Source: Candidatus Omnitrophota bacterium (GTDB lineage: Bacteria; Omnitrophota; Gorgyraeia; JAFGHF01). From it: 64,000 nt of DNA. The position numbers were made by a program, and so were the translations under genes. The notes below the pieces were generated by a model, which made no database searches, had not been told where the DNA came from, and saw only the letters and a program-made list of their open reading frames with translations. The stretch spans positions 46,822 through 110,821 of the forward strand of contig JBHPFV010000002.1 of the NCBI GenBank assembly GCA_042571705.1, read 5' to 3'. Positions 38,308 to 49,102 of the stretch are shown here, piece by piece; position 1 is the stretch's first letter; each line of letters opens with the position of its first letter.

Positions 38308-39561
38308 TTAAACTATAATTTCTGAACGCACTAAATCGCGATAGTTTTCCCGCTTGCGCACCAGACAAAATTTATTTTTATCGACCAGCACCTCAGCGAC
38401 CCGCGGCCGGGAATTGTAATTACTGGACATGGTGAACCCATAAGCCCCGGCGCTCATCACCGCTAACAAATCATCTGTTTGTAGAGGTGGTAGCAGTCTA
38501 TTTTTTGCCAGGAAATCCCCGCTTTCACAAATCGGACCAACCACGTCGTATTTCTGTTTTCTGTCCGCGTGTCTCTGGTCTCGCCTGAGAGCCAAGATCT
38601 CATGATAAGCCTGATATAGAGCAGGGCGAATTAAATCGTTCATCCCGGCATCGACAATAGCGAAATTTTTCCGCGCTGTCTTTTTTACATAGACCACCTT
38701 TGTCACCAGAATGCCGCTATTTCCGGCAATGAATCTGCCCGGCTCAAGAATAATTTTAAGTTTGGCTTGTTTTAACAACGGCTCTACCGCCCGGGCAAAC
38801 TGCTGTGCGGTCTGTGGCTGTTCATTATGATAAACTATCCCTAAGCCGCCGCCGATATTGAAGTATTTTAGGCTGAACTGCTTGCGCTTTAACCGTTTAA
38901 TCAGGATCAGCACCTTTTTGATCGCTGATACAAACGGCCGGTGATCGGTGATTTGCGAACCAATATGAATATGCACGCCAATCAAGTCCAGGTTAGAAAA
39001 TATCCGACTCCTTAAAAAGATATCTTCAGCGGTGCCTAAGTCTAAGCCAAATTTATTAGTCATTTTGCCGGTAGTGATAAACTCATGCGTATGCGGGTCG
39101 ATGTCCGGATTTACCCTTAAGCAGACTGCGGCCCTTCTTTTTAATTCGTGCGCTACCCGGTCAATTAAGACAAGTTCCGGGATAGATTCAACATTAAAAA
39201 AAAGGATGCCGGACTTAATCGCCTGGGCAATCTCCGCTCTGCTCTTGCCAACACCGGCATAAACTATTTTTTTAGGATCTACGCCCACCTGCCGGGCCCG
39301 AAACAGTTCGCCCCCTGATACTACATCCATGCCTGCGCCTTCTTTGGCTAAGAGCTTCAACAGCGACAGATTAGAATTGGCCTTTACTGAAAAACAGACT
39401 AAAGGCGCCAGGGCCCTGAAGGCCTGCTGAATCTTTTTTAAGTGCTCCACTAAAGTACGCCGGCTATAGATGTACACCGGGCTGCCTACCTTTTTGACTA
39501 TTGTCTCCAGATTTACACCTTCACAATATAATTTTTTGCCGCGATATTGGAAGTAATGCAT
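38308..39561 (-). CDS. lysA: diaminopimelate decarboxylase
   Basis: SVKANSN, HIGSQ, EPGR, GPICESGD, SNYNSRPR. Confidence 0.96.
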   Translation of the reverse strand: MHYFQYRGKKLYCEGVNLETIVKKVGSPVYIYSRRTLVEHLKKIQQAFRALAPLVCFSVKANSNLSLLKLLAKEGAGMDVVSGGELFRARQVGVDPKKIVYAGVGKSRAEIAQAIKSGILFFNVESIPELVLIDRVAHELKRRAAVCLRVNPDIDPHTHEFITTGKMTNKFGLDLGTAEDIFLRSRIFSNLDLIGVHIHIGSQITDHRPFVSAIKKVLILIKRLKRKQFSLKYFNIGGGLGIVYHNEQPQTAQQFARAVEPLLKQAKLKIILEPGRFIAGNSGILVTKVVYVKKTARKNFAIVDAGMNDLIRPALYQAYHEILALRRDQRHADRKQKYDVVGPICESGDFLAKNRLLPPLQTDDLLAVMSAGAYGFTMSSNYNSRPRVAEVLVDKNKFCLVRKRENYRDLVRSEIIV

Positions 39562-40935
39562 TTACTTTAACCTTTTCTGCCATTGAGTTATCTGGGCCTT
39601 GACTTTTTGGGGATTGGTACTACCGAATGATCTTTTTTTAGTTACCGAAACAGTGGGATCTAACAGTTGATAAATATCTTTTTTGAAATATCCTGAAAAC
39701 TTCTGCCACTGCTCAATCGGCAACTCCGAAAGAAAGGCCTTTTTCTGTAACGCCAATGCTACCACTCTACCGACAATATTGTGCGCCTGTTTAAAGGCCA
39801 CCCCTTTTTTGACCAAATACTCAACTAAATCAGTGGCGCAAAGCAATTCATCGGAAGATAGAATCAAGGCCTGATCCTGGTTAACCTTGGCATTCTTAAT
39901 CAGCGCTGCTAAAACGCTTAAGCCGCTGCTTAAGTCTGCTGAGGCCTGAAACAAGGGTAATTTATCTAGCTGCATATCCCTATTGTAGGCCAGCGGCAAT
40001 CCCTTCATGGTAGTCAAGAACGAGACTAGATTTCCGTAAACGCTGCCGGTATTGGCTCTAATCAGTTCCAATACATCGGGGTTTTTCTTCTGAGGCATTA
40101 AACTGGAGCCTGTAGTGTAGGCATCGGCCAACTCGAAAAGCGCAAACTCCGAACTAGTCCAGAAAATTAGATCTTCCGCAACTCTGGATAAATGCATCGA
40201 CAAGATTGCAAACGCAGCCAAAACCTCTAAAACAAAGTCACGGTCAGAAATCGCATCTACACTATTTGCAGAAACCTTGCTAAAACCTAAAAGTTTAGCC
40301 AGATATTTTCTGTCGATCGGCAAACTAGTCCCGGCGAGCGCTGCTGAACCCAAGGGCAGGATATCGCATCTGCTGTAAGCATCGCTGAGTCTTTGCTTGT
40401 CTCTTTCCAGCATTTCCACATAAGCCAACAGCTGATGGGCCAGGCTCAACGGCTGGGCATGCTGCAAGTGAGTAAACCCGGGAATGATCACCTCGACATT
40501 CTTCTTTGCTAAGCTAACCAGGGTGGCCTGCAAATCTTTAATCTGTAGTTTTAGATTTACAACCAGCTCTTTAGTATACATTCTCAAATCGGTAGCTACC
40601 TGGTCGTTTCTACTTCTGGCTGTATGCAGCTTATCGGCTACCTGACCAATCCTGCCCTCTAACGCATTTTGGATATTAGTATGGATGTCCTCGCAATTCT
40701 GATCAAAATCAAATCTATTGGCTTGAATCTTCTTTAAGATTGCTTTTAAACCACGGACGATCTTGGCGCTATCAGCGGCGGGTATAATCTTAGTTGTGCC
40801 CAGCATCTTGGCATGAGCAATACTGCAGAGCACATCATGCTTAGCCAGCTTATAGTCATATCCAATACTTGAGGTAAACTTTTCTACCAGCGGGTCTGTC
40901 TTTTTTTTAAACCTTCCACCCCAGAGCTTGTTCAT
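39562..40935 (-). CDS. argH: argininosuccinate lyase
   Basis: KLWGGRF, HTARSRNDQV, GSSLMPQKKNPD; start at the ATG at 40935. Confidence 0.97.
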   Translation of the reverse strand: MNKLWGGRFKKKTDPLVEKFTSSIGYDYKLAKHDVLCSIAHAKMLGTTKIIPAADSAKIVRGLKAILKKIQANRFDFDQNCEDIHTNIQNALEGRIGQVADKLHTARSRNDQVATDLRMYTKELVVNLKLQIKDLQATLVSLAKKNVEVIIPGFTHLQHAQPLSLAHQLLAYVEMLERDKQRLSDAYSRCDILPLGSAALAGTSLPIDRKYLAKLLGFSKVSANSVDAISDRDFVLEVLAAFAILSMHLSRVAEDLIFWTSSEFALFELADAYTTGSSLMPQKKNPDVLELIRANTGSVYGNLVSFLTTMKGLPLAYNRDMQLDKLPLFQASADLSSGLSVLAALIKNAKVNQDQALILSSDELLCATDLVEYLVKKGVAFKQAHNIVGRVVALALQKKAFLSELPIEQWQKFSGYFKKDIYQLLDPTVSVTKKRSFGSTNPQKVKAQITQWQKRLK

Positions 40936-40945
40936 TTTTTTCCCC

Positions 40946-42115
40946 TTATTTCTGATACGGTAAACCCCAAATTTTGATAAAGCCCTCGGCTGCGGCCTGA
41001 TCAAACTGATCGCCCTCTTCGTAAGTGGCCAACTCTAATTTATACAATGAACGCGGTGATTTTCTTCCAATGCAAGTTACGCTGCCTTTATACAACTTCA
41101 GCTTAATTACTCCGCTAACCTGCTTCTGGGTCTGATTTACGAATTTATCTAAGGCTATCCTGAGCGGAGAATGCCAAAGGCCATCGTAAACCAGCTGGGC
41201 ATATCTCTGGGCCACGCTGCCCTTAAACTGAAGGGTCTGCTTATCTAAAACTAAATTTTCCAATTCCTGATGGGCCAGGTGTAGCGTTACCGCGGCCGGG
41301 GCCTCATAAATCTCCCTGCTTTTTATCCCCACCAACCTGTTTTCCACCATATCTATCCTGCCCACACCGCAGCTGCCGGCTAATTTATTCAGTTTAGCGA
41401 CTAAGGTTATGCTGGCTAGTTTCTGACCATTTAATTTCACCGGGATGCCTTTGTTGAATTCTACTGTTAAATACATTGGTTTGTTGGAACATTTTAGCGG
41501 ATTCTTGGTCAATTGATAAATCTCTTCCGGCGGCTGATTGGCCGGATCCTCCAGTACTCCACATTCAATGCTCCTACCCCAGAGATTCAAGTCAAAACTG
41601 TAAGGGCTCTTCTTTGTAGCCTCAACAGGTATTTTGTGCTCCTTGGCGTATTCTATTTCCTGCGCCCTGGTCTTCAGATGCCAGACCCTCAACGGAGCAA
41701 TTACTTTAATCTTCTTATCCAACGCGGCTGCCGAGACCTCGATTCTGACCTGATCATTACCCTTGCCAGTGCAACCGTGAGCAATAAATTGGGCTTTTTC
41801 TTTGCGGGCAATCTCAACCAACCCCTCAGCAATTAGCGGGCGGCCCAGCGCCGTGGCTAAAGGGTACTTACCTTCGTAAATTGCCCCGGCTCTCAGGGCC
41901 GGAAACACAAACTGTGTAATAAACTTTTCTCTAACGTCTTGAACATATAGCTTGCCAACTCCGCAATCCTTAGCTTTCTTTTTTAACTGGGCAAAATTTA
42001 TGCCCTGCCCCAAATCCGCTGTGTAAGTAACTACTTCAAAGCCTTTTTGCTTTAACCAGGCTACGCCGCAAGACGTATCTAAACCGCCGGAATAAGCCAA
42101 AATTACCTTGGCCAT
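40946..42115 (-). CDS. argG: argininosuccinate synthase
   Basis: LAYSGGLDTS, HGCTGKGNDQVR, ENRLVGIKSRE. Confidence 0.97.
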   Translation of the reverse strand: MAKVILAYSGGLDTSCGVAWLKQKGFEVVTYTADLGQGINFAQLKKKAKDCGVGKLYVQDVREKFITQFVFPALRAGAIYEGKYPLATALGRPLIAEGLVEIARKEKAQFIAHGCTGKGNDQVRIEVSAAALDKKIKVIAPLRVWHLKTRAQEIEYAKEHKIPVEATKKSPYSFDLNLWGRSIECGVLEDPANQPPEEIYQLTKNPLKCSNKPMYLTVEFNKGIPVKLNGQKLASITLVAKLNKLAGSCGVGRIDMVENRLVGIKSREIYEAPAAVTLHLAHQELENLVLDKQTLQFKGSVAQRYAQLVYDGLWHSPLRIALDKFVNQTQKQVSGVIKLKLYKGSVTCIGRKSPRSLYKLELATYEEGDQFDQAAAEGFIKIWGLPYQK

Positions 42116-43035
42116 TAAACACCTCCTAATAAGAGTAAAAGTATTGCCTTCTGCACGTGCATCCTATTTTCGGCCTGGTCCATCACCACTGAATTTGGCC
42201 CATCGATTACCTGGTCAGTAATCTCCTCGCCTCGATGCGCAGGCAGACAATGCATAATCAAGCAATCAGGCTTAGCTACTGAAGTCAGTTTTTCATTTAT
42301 TTGGAAACCGCAAAAATCCTTGCGCCTCTTTTTGTAGTCGGACTCCTGACCCATGCTGGTCCAGACATCTGTATAAAGTATGTCGGCATCTTTGGCGGCC
42401 TGAGCTGGATCGTTTGATAAAGTTAGCTGGGCCCCGGAACCTTTGGCCAGCTCTAAACACTGAGTAAAGATTTTCTGATTAGGCTGGCGGGCTGCCGGAG
42501 TAGTCACTGTTAAGTTCAAGCCCAATTTCGCGCATCCGGACAATAAAGAGTTGGCCACGTTATTGCCATCTCCCACATAAACAATCTTCACCCCTTTTAA
42601 AGCGCCTTTTTTCTCTTTGATGGTGTATAAATCACTGAGCGCCTGACAAGGATGTAAAAGGTCGGTCAACCCGTTAATTACGGGAATAGCTGTCGATGCG
42701 GTCAGTTCTTCTAATTGCTGATGCGAAAAAGTCCTGATTACCAAACCGTCTAAATAACGCGAAAGCACATTGCCAAAGTCTTTAATTGCCTCACGTGTAC
42801 CGAACTTGATGTCTTCCGGGGCCAAATAGATTACATGCCCGCCTAATTGATTCATCCCCACTTCAAACGAGACCCGGGTGCGCAAGGACGGCTTAAGGAA
42901 TATTAATCCTAAAGATTTACCGGCCAGGCCCTGGCTTGAGTCCTTGACCTTAGCCTTTAATTCCTCAGTCAGGCTAAAAATATGCTCCAGTTCTTCTATC
43001 TTCAACTCGCTAATAGCAATTAGATCTCTTTTCAT
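42115..43035 (-). CDS. argF: ornithine carbamoyltransferase
   Basis: S.RTRVSF, HPCQ, DVWTSMG, HCLPAHRG. Confidence 0.96.
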   Translation of the reverse strand: MKRDLIAISELKIEELEHIFSLTEELKAKVKDSSQGLAGKSLGLIFLKPSLRTRVSFEVGMNQLGGHVIYLAPEDIKFGTREAIKDFGNVLSRYLDGLVIRTFSHQQLEELTASTAIPVINGLTDLLHPCQALSDLYTIKEKKGALKGVKIVYVGDGNNVANSLLSGCAKLGLNLTVTTPAARQPNQKIFTQCLELAKGSGAQLTLSNDPAQAAKDADILYTDVWTSMGQESDYKKRRKDFCGFQINEKLTSVAKPDCLIMHCLPAHRGEEITDQVIDGPNSVVMDQAENRMHVQKAILLLLLGGV

Positions 43036-43038
43036 TTT

Positions 43039-44223
43039 TTATCTTTCTTTCTTTATGGCTGATTCCAATATGCTGATGGCCTGATCGATTTGCGCTTTTG
43101 ACACAGCTAATTGCGGCATTATTCTCAATACATTTCCGTGCGTGCAGTTAATCAAAAGACCCTGCTTAAAACAGGCCTGGTAAACCGGCGCGCCATCTTT
43201 AGTCAGCTCCACCCCCAACATCAGGCCTAAACCTCTAATCTCTTTAATAACAGAATACTTTGCCTTTAAACCGGTCAATCTTTTACGTAGATATTCTCCC
43301 ATTTTTTGGGCATTGATTAGCAGTCGCTCTTTCTCAATAGCTTCGAACACAGCTAATCCGCTGGCGCAAGCTAAGGGGCTGCCGCCAAAAGTAGAAGCGT
43401 GCGTCCCGGCATGCAGGGTATCGGCGATCTCACTCCTCGCCACCAGCGCCCCGATTGGAAACCCGCCGCCTAATGATTTAGCCAGCGTAATCAGGTCAGG
43501 CTTCAGGCCGTAATGCTGGTAACAAAACATCTTGCCGGTTCGGCCGATCCCCGTCTGGACCTCATCGAAAATTAATAACAGGCCTAATTTATCGCAAAGC
43601 CTCCTGATTTGCTTAAGGTAATCGCAACAGGCGACATTGATCCCGCCTTCTCCCTGAATTGGTTCTAACATTACCGCCGCAGTATTTTTACTGATCTTGG
43701 CCTTTAACGCCGCGAAATTATTGAACGGGACCTGGGTGAAACCTTTAACTAGAGGAGTAAAACCCTTTTTGTATCTTGATTGGCCAGTAGCAGTCAAAGC
43801 AGCCATGGTCCTGCCGTGGAAAGAATTTTCCATTGTAATAATTTCGTACTTCTTGCGGGTGCTGCCGTACATCCTGGCTAATTTAATTGCCGCCTCCACG
43901 CTCTCGGCGCCGCTGTTACAGAAGAAAACTTTACCCCTAAAAGAATGCTGGATAATCTTGCGGGCCAGCTTGGCCTGTAAGGCATTATAATAATTGTTGG
44001 GGACATGTAGTATTTTTTTTGCCTGATTTGCCAAAGCCTTAACCACCAAAGGATGGGCATGGCCTAATCCGCTGACTGCCCAGCCGGGAAAGAAATCCAG
44101 GTATTTGCGTCCATTGATATCCCAAAGCCAGGAACCCTTGCCTTTTGTAGCCAGCAAAGGCATCCTTGTATACGTCGGCATCACATACTTCTTGTATTCT
44201 TGGATTAATTTTTGTTTATTCAT
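43039..44223 (-). CDS. argD: acetylornithine aminotransferase
   Basis: NSGAE, FHGRT, EPIQGEGG, DEVQTG, AKSLGGG. Confidence 0.93.
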   Translation of the reverse strand: MNKQKLIQEYKKYVMPTYTRMPLLATKGKGSWLWDINGRKYLDFFPGWAVSGLGHAHPLVVKALANQAKKILHVPNNYYNALQAKLARKIIQHSFRGKVFFCNSGAESVEAAIKLARMYGSTRKKYEIITMENSFHGRTMAALTATGQSRYKKGFTPLVKGFTQVPFNNFAALKAKISKNTAAVMLEPIQGEGGINVACCDYLKQIRRLCDKLGLLLIFDEVQTGIGRTGKMFCYQHYGLKPDLITLAKSLGGGFPIGALVARSEIADTLHAGTHASTFGGSPLACASGLAVFEAIEKERLLINAQKMGEYLRKRLTGLKAKYSVIKEIRGLGLMLGVELTKDGAPVYQACFKQGLLINCTHGNVLRIMPQLAVSKAQIDQAISILESAIKKER

Positions 44224-45074
44224 TTTACAATTTGCGTGCCCACGCCTTGATCAGTAAATATTTCTAAAAGCAGTGAGCGTGGAATACTGCCATCAATAAT
44301 GTGCGTCTTGCGTACGTCTTTCTTTAAAGCGGCGACGCAGGCCTCGACCTTGGGAATCATTCCGGTCTGAATAACTCCTCTCTTCAGCAAACCTGCTACC
44401 TCACTGACCTTAAGCGTCGAAATCAATGAGCCTGGGTCGGCCTGATCGCGCATAATCCCCTGGGTATCAGTCAAAAGCATCAATTTCCTGGCGCCTAATT
44501 TTATCGCTATTTCGGCCGCGGCCAAATCGGCATTAATATTGTAAACTTGTCCTTTGATTCCAATGCCTAAAGGAGAAATTACCGGGATGAAATTATTCTT
44601 GAGCGATTCTTTTAACAGCTTCGAGTTAACTGAAGCAATTTGGCCGACAAAGCCAATATCCTGGCCAAGATTCAGTTGCCTGGCCTTGATTACCTTGCCA
44701 ATTATACCGCTAAACCCCTTGGCCTTAGCGCCTAACTGGCTAATCTTGGCGGTCATTCTTTCATTTAGCCGGGCTAGTTCATCCGTGACTACTTTCAAAG
44801 TATGTTTATCGGTTACGCGGTAGCCCTGGTGAAATTCAATCCGCTTGCCCAGCTTACGCAGCTTCTCATTGATGCTCGGTCCGCCACCGTGCACTAAGAC
44901 AGGGTTTAAGCCAACGCAGTTCATGAAAATAATATCTTGCAGGACATTGCCGATCACTTCTTTATTTAAAAGCTGCCTACCGCCACATTTGATCACCACT
45001 ATCTTGTGTTGGAACTTTTTAATATACGGCAGCGCCTCAATCAGTATGTCAGCTTTCTGTATTGCCCTCTTCAT
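44220..45074 (-). CDS. argB: acetylglutamate kinase
   Basis: EALPYI, K.GG, VHGGGP, NINAD, GMIPKV. Confidence 0.96.
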   Translation of the reverse strand: MKRAIQKADILIEALPYIKKFQHKIVVIKCGGRQLLNKEVIGNVLQDIIFMNCVGLNPVLVHGGGPSINEKLRKLGKRIEFHQGYRVTDKHTLKVVTDELARLNERMTAKISQLGAKAKGFSGIIGKVIKARQLNLGQDIGFVGQIASVNSKLLKESLKNNFIPVISPLGIGIKGQVYNINADLAAAEIAIKLGARKLMLLTDTQGIMRDQADPGSLISTLKVSEVAGLLKRGVIQTGMIPKVEACVAALKKDVRKTHIIDGSIPRSLLLEIFTDQGVGTQIVK

Positions 45075-45100
45075 CTAGCACCTTTGCCTTGAGAACAAGG

Positions 45101-46291
45101 TTAGTACTCCGCGTTAATCTTTACATATTTATTACTCAAATCGCAAGTAAACGCTGTAGCCTGCGATTTGCCTAGCCCAAGACTCACTCTGATCTGTATT
45201 TCTTTGTGCTTAAAGGCGTTGTTTAGTTTGCGCCTGTTTGCTTTTAAGGCCGCGCCTCTTTGCAGGACTTTTACCCCACCTAAATAAATGTCTAATCTTT
45301 CCTGCTTTATCACCGTGGTTTTAAGCGCGCCGCAACAAGCCGCGATTCTGCCCCAATTAGGATTTTCGCCAAATATCGCGGTTTTCACTAATGGAGAATT
45401 GGCTATTTTAAAAGCAACATCTTTGGCCTGCCTCAGGTCCCTTGCCTGCTCAATATGAATCTCGACAAATTTAGTCGCCCCTTCGGCATCCTGAACAATC
45501 ATTTTGGCCAGGCTTAAACAGACGTAATTAAGGGCCTGCGTAAAGATTGTAAAGTCGCTTGCACTAATCGGCTGGTTGGCTGCTTGACCATTAGCCAAGA
45601 CCAGCACCATGTCATTCGTGCTCATCTCACCATCAACAGAGATCATGTTAAACGAATTGTTGACCGCTGTCTGCAGAGCTTGGTTTAATCTTCTTTTGTC
45701 TATTGCGGCATCGGTAGTAATAAAGCTAAGCATTGTGGCCATGTTGGGCTGGATCATCCCCGCGCCTTTTGCTATTGCGGCTATCCTGACTTTAGCCTTG
45801 CCAATCTTAATCTCTACCGTTTTTTGCTTAATCTTTGTATCAGTTGTCAGGATAGCCTCAGCTGCTGGCTTGCTCGCTTGCCTGCTTAAGGATTGTACCA
45901 AAACGCCTATTTTTCTTTTTATTCTTGCCAAAGGCAAACGTTGACCGATCACTCCGGTAGAGGCAATCAGCACATCATCCACCGGCAACCCTAATTTGGC
46001 GGCCAAACTCTGACAAATCTTTCGCGCATCGGCCATGCCGGGTTTGCCGGTGCAGCAATTGGCATTGCCGCTATTGACTATAATCGCCTGAGCCCGACTA
46101 TTGCTTAAATGAGCTTTAGTCAACTTTACCGGAGCAGCCTGCACGCTATTTTGTGTAAATACTCCACTAGCCACCGCTGGCAGTTCAGAAAATACTAAAG
46201 CCAGATCTTTATTCTTATATTTAATACCGCAGTGGATCCCGGCAGCGAGGAAACCCTTTGGCGCCGTAATTCCCTGGGATAAAATCTTCAT
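45101..46291 (-). CDS. argJ: ornithine acetyltransferase
   Basis: NSGNAN, STGVIG, KGAGMI.PNMATML, DAEGATK. Confidence 0.97.
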   Translation of the reverse strand: MKILSQGITAPKGFLAAGIHCGIKYKNKDLALVFSELPAVASGVFTQNSVQAAPVKLTKAHLSNSRAQAIIVNSGNANCCTGKPGMADARKICQSLAAKLGLPVDDVLIASTGVIGQRLPLARIKRKIGVLVQSLSRQASKPAAEAILTTDTKIKQKTVEIKIGKAKVRIAAIAKGAGMIQPNMATMLSFITTDAAIDKRRLNQALQTAVNNSFNMISVDGEMSTNDMVLVLANGQAANQPISASDFTIFTQALNYVCLSLAKMIVQDAEGATKFVEIHIEQARDLRQAKDVAFKIANSPLVKTAIFGENPNWGRIAACCGALKTTVIKQERLDIYLGGVKVLQRGAALKANRRKLNNAFKHKEIQIRVSLGLGKSQATAFTCDLSNKYVKINAEY

Positions 46292-46292
46292 T

Positions 46293-47312
46293 TTAAATTA
46301 ATCCTTGTGTTTCAGCAAAACCATACATCACGTTCATATTTTGCACTGCTTGCCCAGAGGCCCCTTTAACCAAATTGTCAATGGCTGAGATAACTATCGC
46401 GATTCTTCTATCTGAATTTACCCTAATACCCAGATGGCAAAAGTTAGTCTTAACCACGTCTTTCAATTGCGGAAATTTTCCCTCGGGCAGGACTTTGACA
46501 AATGGCTGGTCCTGATAAAAGTCTTGGTATAACCCTTGAGCCTCCTGCTGCGAAAGAGCCACCTTTAATTGGAAATAAATAGTGCTTAAGATTCCTCTTT
46601 GAACCGGAATTAAATGCGGAGTAAAGGTAACCTCCATTCTTGCGCCCGTAAAATTAGTTAGCTCCTGGTTTATTTCCGGGCTATGTTGATGGGCATCGAC
46701 CTTATAAGCACAGAAGTTATCTTTCATTTGCGGGATTAGCACCTGCTCCTTCTCACGGCCGGCCCCGCTGAGGCCAGTTTTGGCATCGACTATAATGTGC
46801 TGGCGTTCAGCAACGCCCTTGGCCAGGAAGGCCAGCGATCCTAAAATTGCCGCTGTGGGATAACAGCCGGGGTTAGCTAACAGGTTAGCCTTTTTGATCT
46901 TCTGTTGATAGAGTTCCGGCAGGCCATAAACCGCAGCCTTAAGGTATTCCGGGCTTTTATGTTTCAGGCCATACCATCGCTCATAAACTGCGGCGTCTTT
47001 AATCCTGTAGTCGGCGCTTAAATCGATAACTTTTTTGCCGGCTTTTAAAAATAGCGGGGCGACTTCCATAGATACTCTGTGCGGCAGGGCCAAAAATACC
47101 AGCTCACAATTAGGCACGATGTTAGAAAAGTCTGGTTCAGAGCAGACTAAATCCAACTCTTTGCCCAGTTCAGGAAAGATCTTATTAATCTTTTGCGGCT
47201 TATCAATCTTTGCCGACAAAGAAGTTATTTCCACCTCCGGGTGGTGGACTAAAATTTTAAGCAGTTCTTCACCGGCATAACCGGTGGCACCCACTATCGC
47301 TACTTTCAGCAT
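46293..47312 (-). CDS. argC: N-acetyl-gamma-glutamyl-phosphate reductase
   Basis: GATGY.G.EL, ANPGCYPT, IDNLVKGASGQAVQNMN. Confidence 0.97.
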   Translation of the reverse strand: MLKVAIVGATGYAGEELLKILVHHPEVEITSLSAKIDKPQKINKIFPELGKELDLVCSEPDFSNIVPNCELVFLALPHRVSMEVAPLFLKAGKKVIDLSADYRIKDAAVYERWYGLKHKSPEYLKAAVYGLPELYQQKIKKANLLANPGCYPTAAILGSLAFLAKGVAERQHIIVDAKTGLSGAGREKEQVLIPQMKDNFCAYKVDAHQHSPEINQELTNFTGARMEVTFTPHLIPVQRGILSTIYFQLKVALSQQEAQGLYQDFYQDQPFVKVLPEGKFPQLKDVVKTNFCHLGIRVNSDRRIAIVISAIDNLVKGASGQAVQNMNVMYGFAETQGLI

Positions 47313-47338
47313 TCCGCTGTCCTCCCGATGTAGAAGTT

Positions 47339-47367
47339 ATTATAAAGAAAAAAGCCTACTCCGTCAA
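47339..47367 (-). promoter_or_regulatory. sigma70-like promoter of the arg-dap-nad operon
   Basis: TTGACG-17 bp-TATAAT. Confidence 0.75.
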
Positions 47368-47392
47368 GAAATTTCGTCGAGTGAAGTAGGCT
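47347..47392 (-). terminator. intrinsic terminator after rpsI
   Basis: stem AGCCTACT...AGTAGGCT followed by a T run on the minus strand. Confidence 0.7.
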
Positions 47393-47438
47393 AATTAATA
47401 CTATCCAAAACTATAAACTAAAAACCGACTTTTCCTCC

Positions 47439-47831
47439 TTAACGCTTGGTCCACTGGAAGCGCCGTCGCGCCCCTTTTTGGCCAAACTTCTTGCGTTCTT
47501 TCATCCGCGGATCGCGCCGTAAAAAACCGGCGCTTTTGAGCTGACTACGCAGATTCTCGTCTATTTTAATTAAGGCCCGGGAGATCCCATGACGCACTGC
47601 CTCTGCTTGTCCGGCTATTCCGCCGCCGTTAACCAACACCAAGATGTCAAACTTCTTAGCGTTATCAGTTATGGTCAAGGGCTGCAACGCGCTAACGCGC
47701 AATATCTCAACTGGAAAATAATCTTCCATTGTTCTTCCGTTAACTGTAATTTTTCCTTCGCCGGTAGAAAGCATTACCCTGGCCACAGATCTTTTCCTTC
47801 TTCCGGTTGCCTGAATCTTCTGCTCAGCCAT
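47439..47831 (-). CDS. rpsI: 30S ribosomal protein S9
   Basis: TGRRK.SVARV, GGG..GQA.A.RHG, ERKK.G..GAR...Q..KR. Confidence 0.98.
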   Translation of the reverse strand: MAEQKIQATGRRKRSVARVMLSTGEGKITVNGRTMEDYFPVEILRVSALQPLTITDNAKKFDILVLVNGGGIAGQAEAVRHGISRALIKIDENLRSQLKSAGFLRRDPRMKERKKFGQKGARRRFQWTKR

Positions 47832-48265
47832 TAGTTGATCTCCAAGCTCTTTGGTTGCTGGGCCTGATGCTGGTGCTCTTCACCTGCATACACTTTTAAC
47901 TTTTTATACATATCTCTGCCTAAGGGCCCCTTGGGCAGCATTCCTTTAATTGCGTGCTTAAGCGCCTCAGTAGGCTTTTTCTGGAGCAATTTCTCCAAGG
48001 AGATCTCTTTTAATCCTCCGGGATAGCCAGAATAGCTCTTATAGATCTTATCTTTCATTTTTCTTCCGGTAACCTTTATATCTTTAGCGTTTACAATAAC
48101 CACATAATCACCGCAATCAACATGTGCGGTGAAGATAGGCTTGTGCTTACCGCGTAAAATGGTAGCGACCCTGGTTGCGATCCGGCCTAAGATCTTATCC
48201 TTGGCATCGATCAAAAACCATTTTCGCTTTATTTTCTTAGGATTTGCCACAAATGTCCGGTTCAT
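47831..48265 (-). CDS. rplM: 50S ribosomal protein L13
   Basis: W..IDA...LGR.A, LRGKHKP, D.GD.V, GYPGG, GMLPK. Confidence 0.98.
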   Translation of the reverse strand: MNRTFVANPKKIKRKWFLIDAKDKILGRIATRVATILRGKHKPIFTAHVDCGDYVVIVNAKDIKVTGRKMKDKIYKSYSGYPGGLKEISLEKLLQKKPTEALKHAIKGMLPKGPLGRDMYKKLKVYAGEEHQHQAQQPKSLEIN

Positions 48266-48289
48266 CTTTACCTCTGATTTAGAGCCAAA

Positions 48290-48320
48290 AGTATATCATA
48301 AGTTGACTCCCTTGTCAACT
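48290..48320 (-). promoter_or_regulatory. sigma70-like promoter of rplM-rpsI with an overlapping inverted repeat
   Basis: TTGACA-17 bp-TATACT with an extended TG; AGTTGAC-N6-GTCAACT at 48301-48320. Confidence 0.75.
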
Positions 48321-48361
48321 ACATTTTAGGCTTTCCAGTATGCTTTAGAATGTTCTTAACT

Positions 48362-49102
48362 TTAATACTTAACCCTGATCAGACACAGGCCTTTTGCCGG
48401 TGCGCAGGGTCCGGCATCAACCCTGCTTTTAGCGGCTAAGATCCTGGGTATATCTTCCGGTTTAATCTTGCCGCGACCGACTTCAATTAAAGTGCCGACA
48501 ATGTTCCGGACCATTTTGTATAGAAAGCCGTCGGCGGCAATGTCAAATTGAATGGCCTTGCCCTTCCGGGAAACTTTTAAACTCTGGATTGTCCGGACCG
48601 CGTCTCTATTGACCTTGTCCACAGCCTGAAAAGAGCGTAAGTTATGCCGTCCCAGGAGGTAAACAGCGGCTCGTTTAATCTTTTCTATATCCAAAGGACA
48701 CTTCACCAAATAGCTAAAATGACGCAGTTGCGGCGAAAGAAATGGCTGATTAACGATTGTATACCGATAGTGTTTGCTGCGTGCGGAAAAACGGGCGTGA
48801 AAATCAAGCGGGGCATTACAAATGCTTTTAATTCGGATATCTACGGGCAAGATACTGTTTAGACCGCGAGAAATATTATTGAGCTTTAGCTTAGAATTGG
48901 TCTTAAAATTGGCTACTTGCCCCAGGGCGTGTGTGCCGGCATCGGTCCGGCCCGAACCAACCAGCTTGACATTTTCTTGCAAAATCTTGGCTAAGGCCTG
49001 CTCAATTGTCTGTTGTATAGTCTTTTTCTTGTGTCTTTTCTGGATCTGCCAACCGGCGTAATTTGTCCCGTCATACTCAATAGTTATTTTAAGGTTGCGC
49101 AT
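48362..49102 (-). CDS. truA: tRNA pseudouridine(38-40) synthase
   Basis: YDGT.YAGWQ, GRTDAG.HA, FHARF, FLYKMVR. Confidence 0.96.
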   Translation of the reverse strand: MRNLKITIEYDGTNYAGWQIQKRHKKKTIQQTIEQALAKILQENVKLVGSGRTDAGTHALGQVANFKTNSKLKLNNISRGLNSILPVDIRIKSICNAPLDFHARFSARSKHYRYTIVNQPFLSPQLRHFSYLVKCPLDIEKIKRAAVYLLGRHNLRSFQAVDKVNRDAVRTIQSLKVSRKGKAIQFDIAADGFLYKMVRNIVGTLIEVGRGKIKPEDIPRILAAKSRVDAGPCAPAKGLCLIRVKY

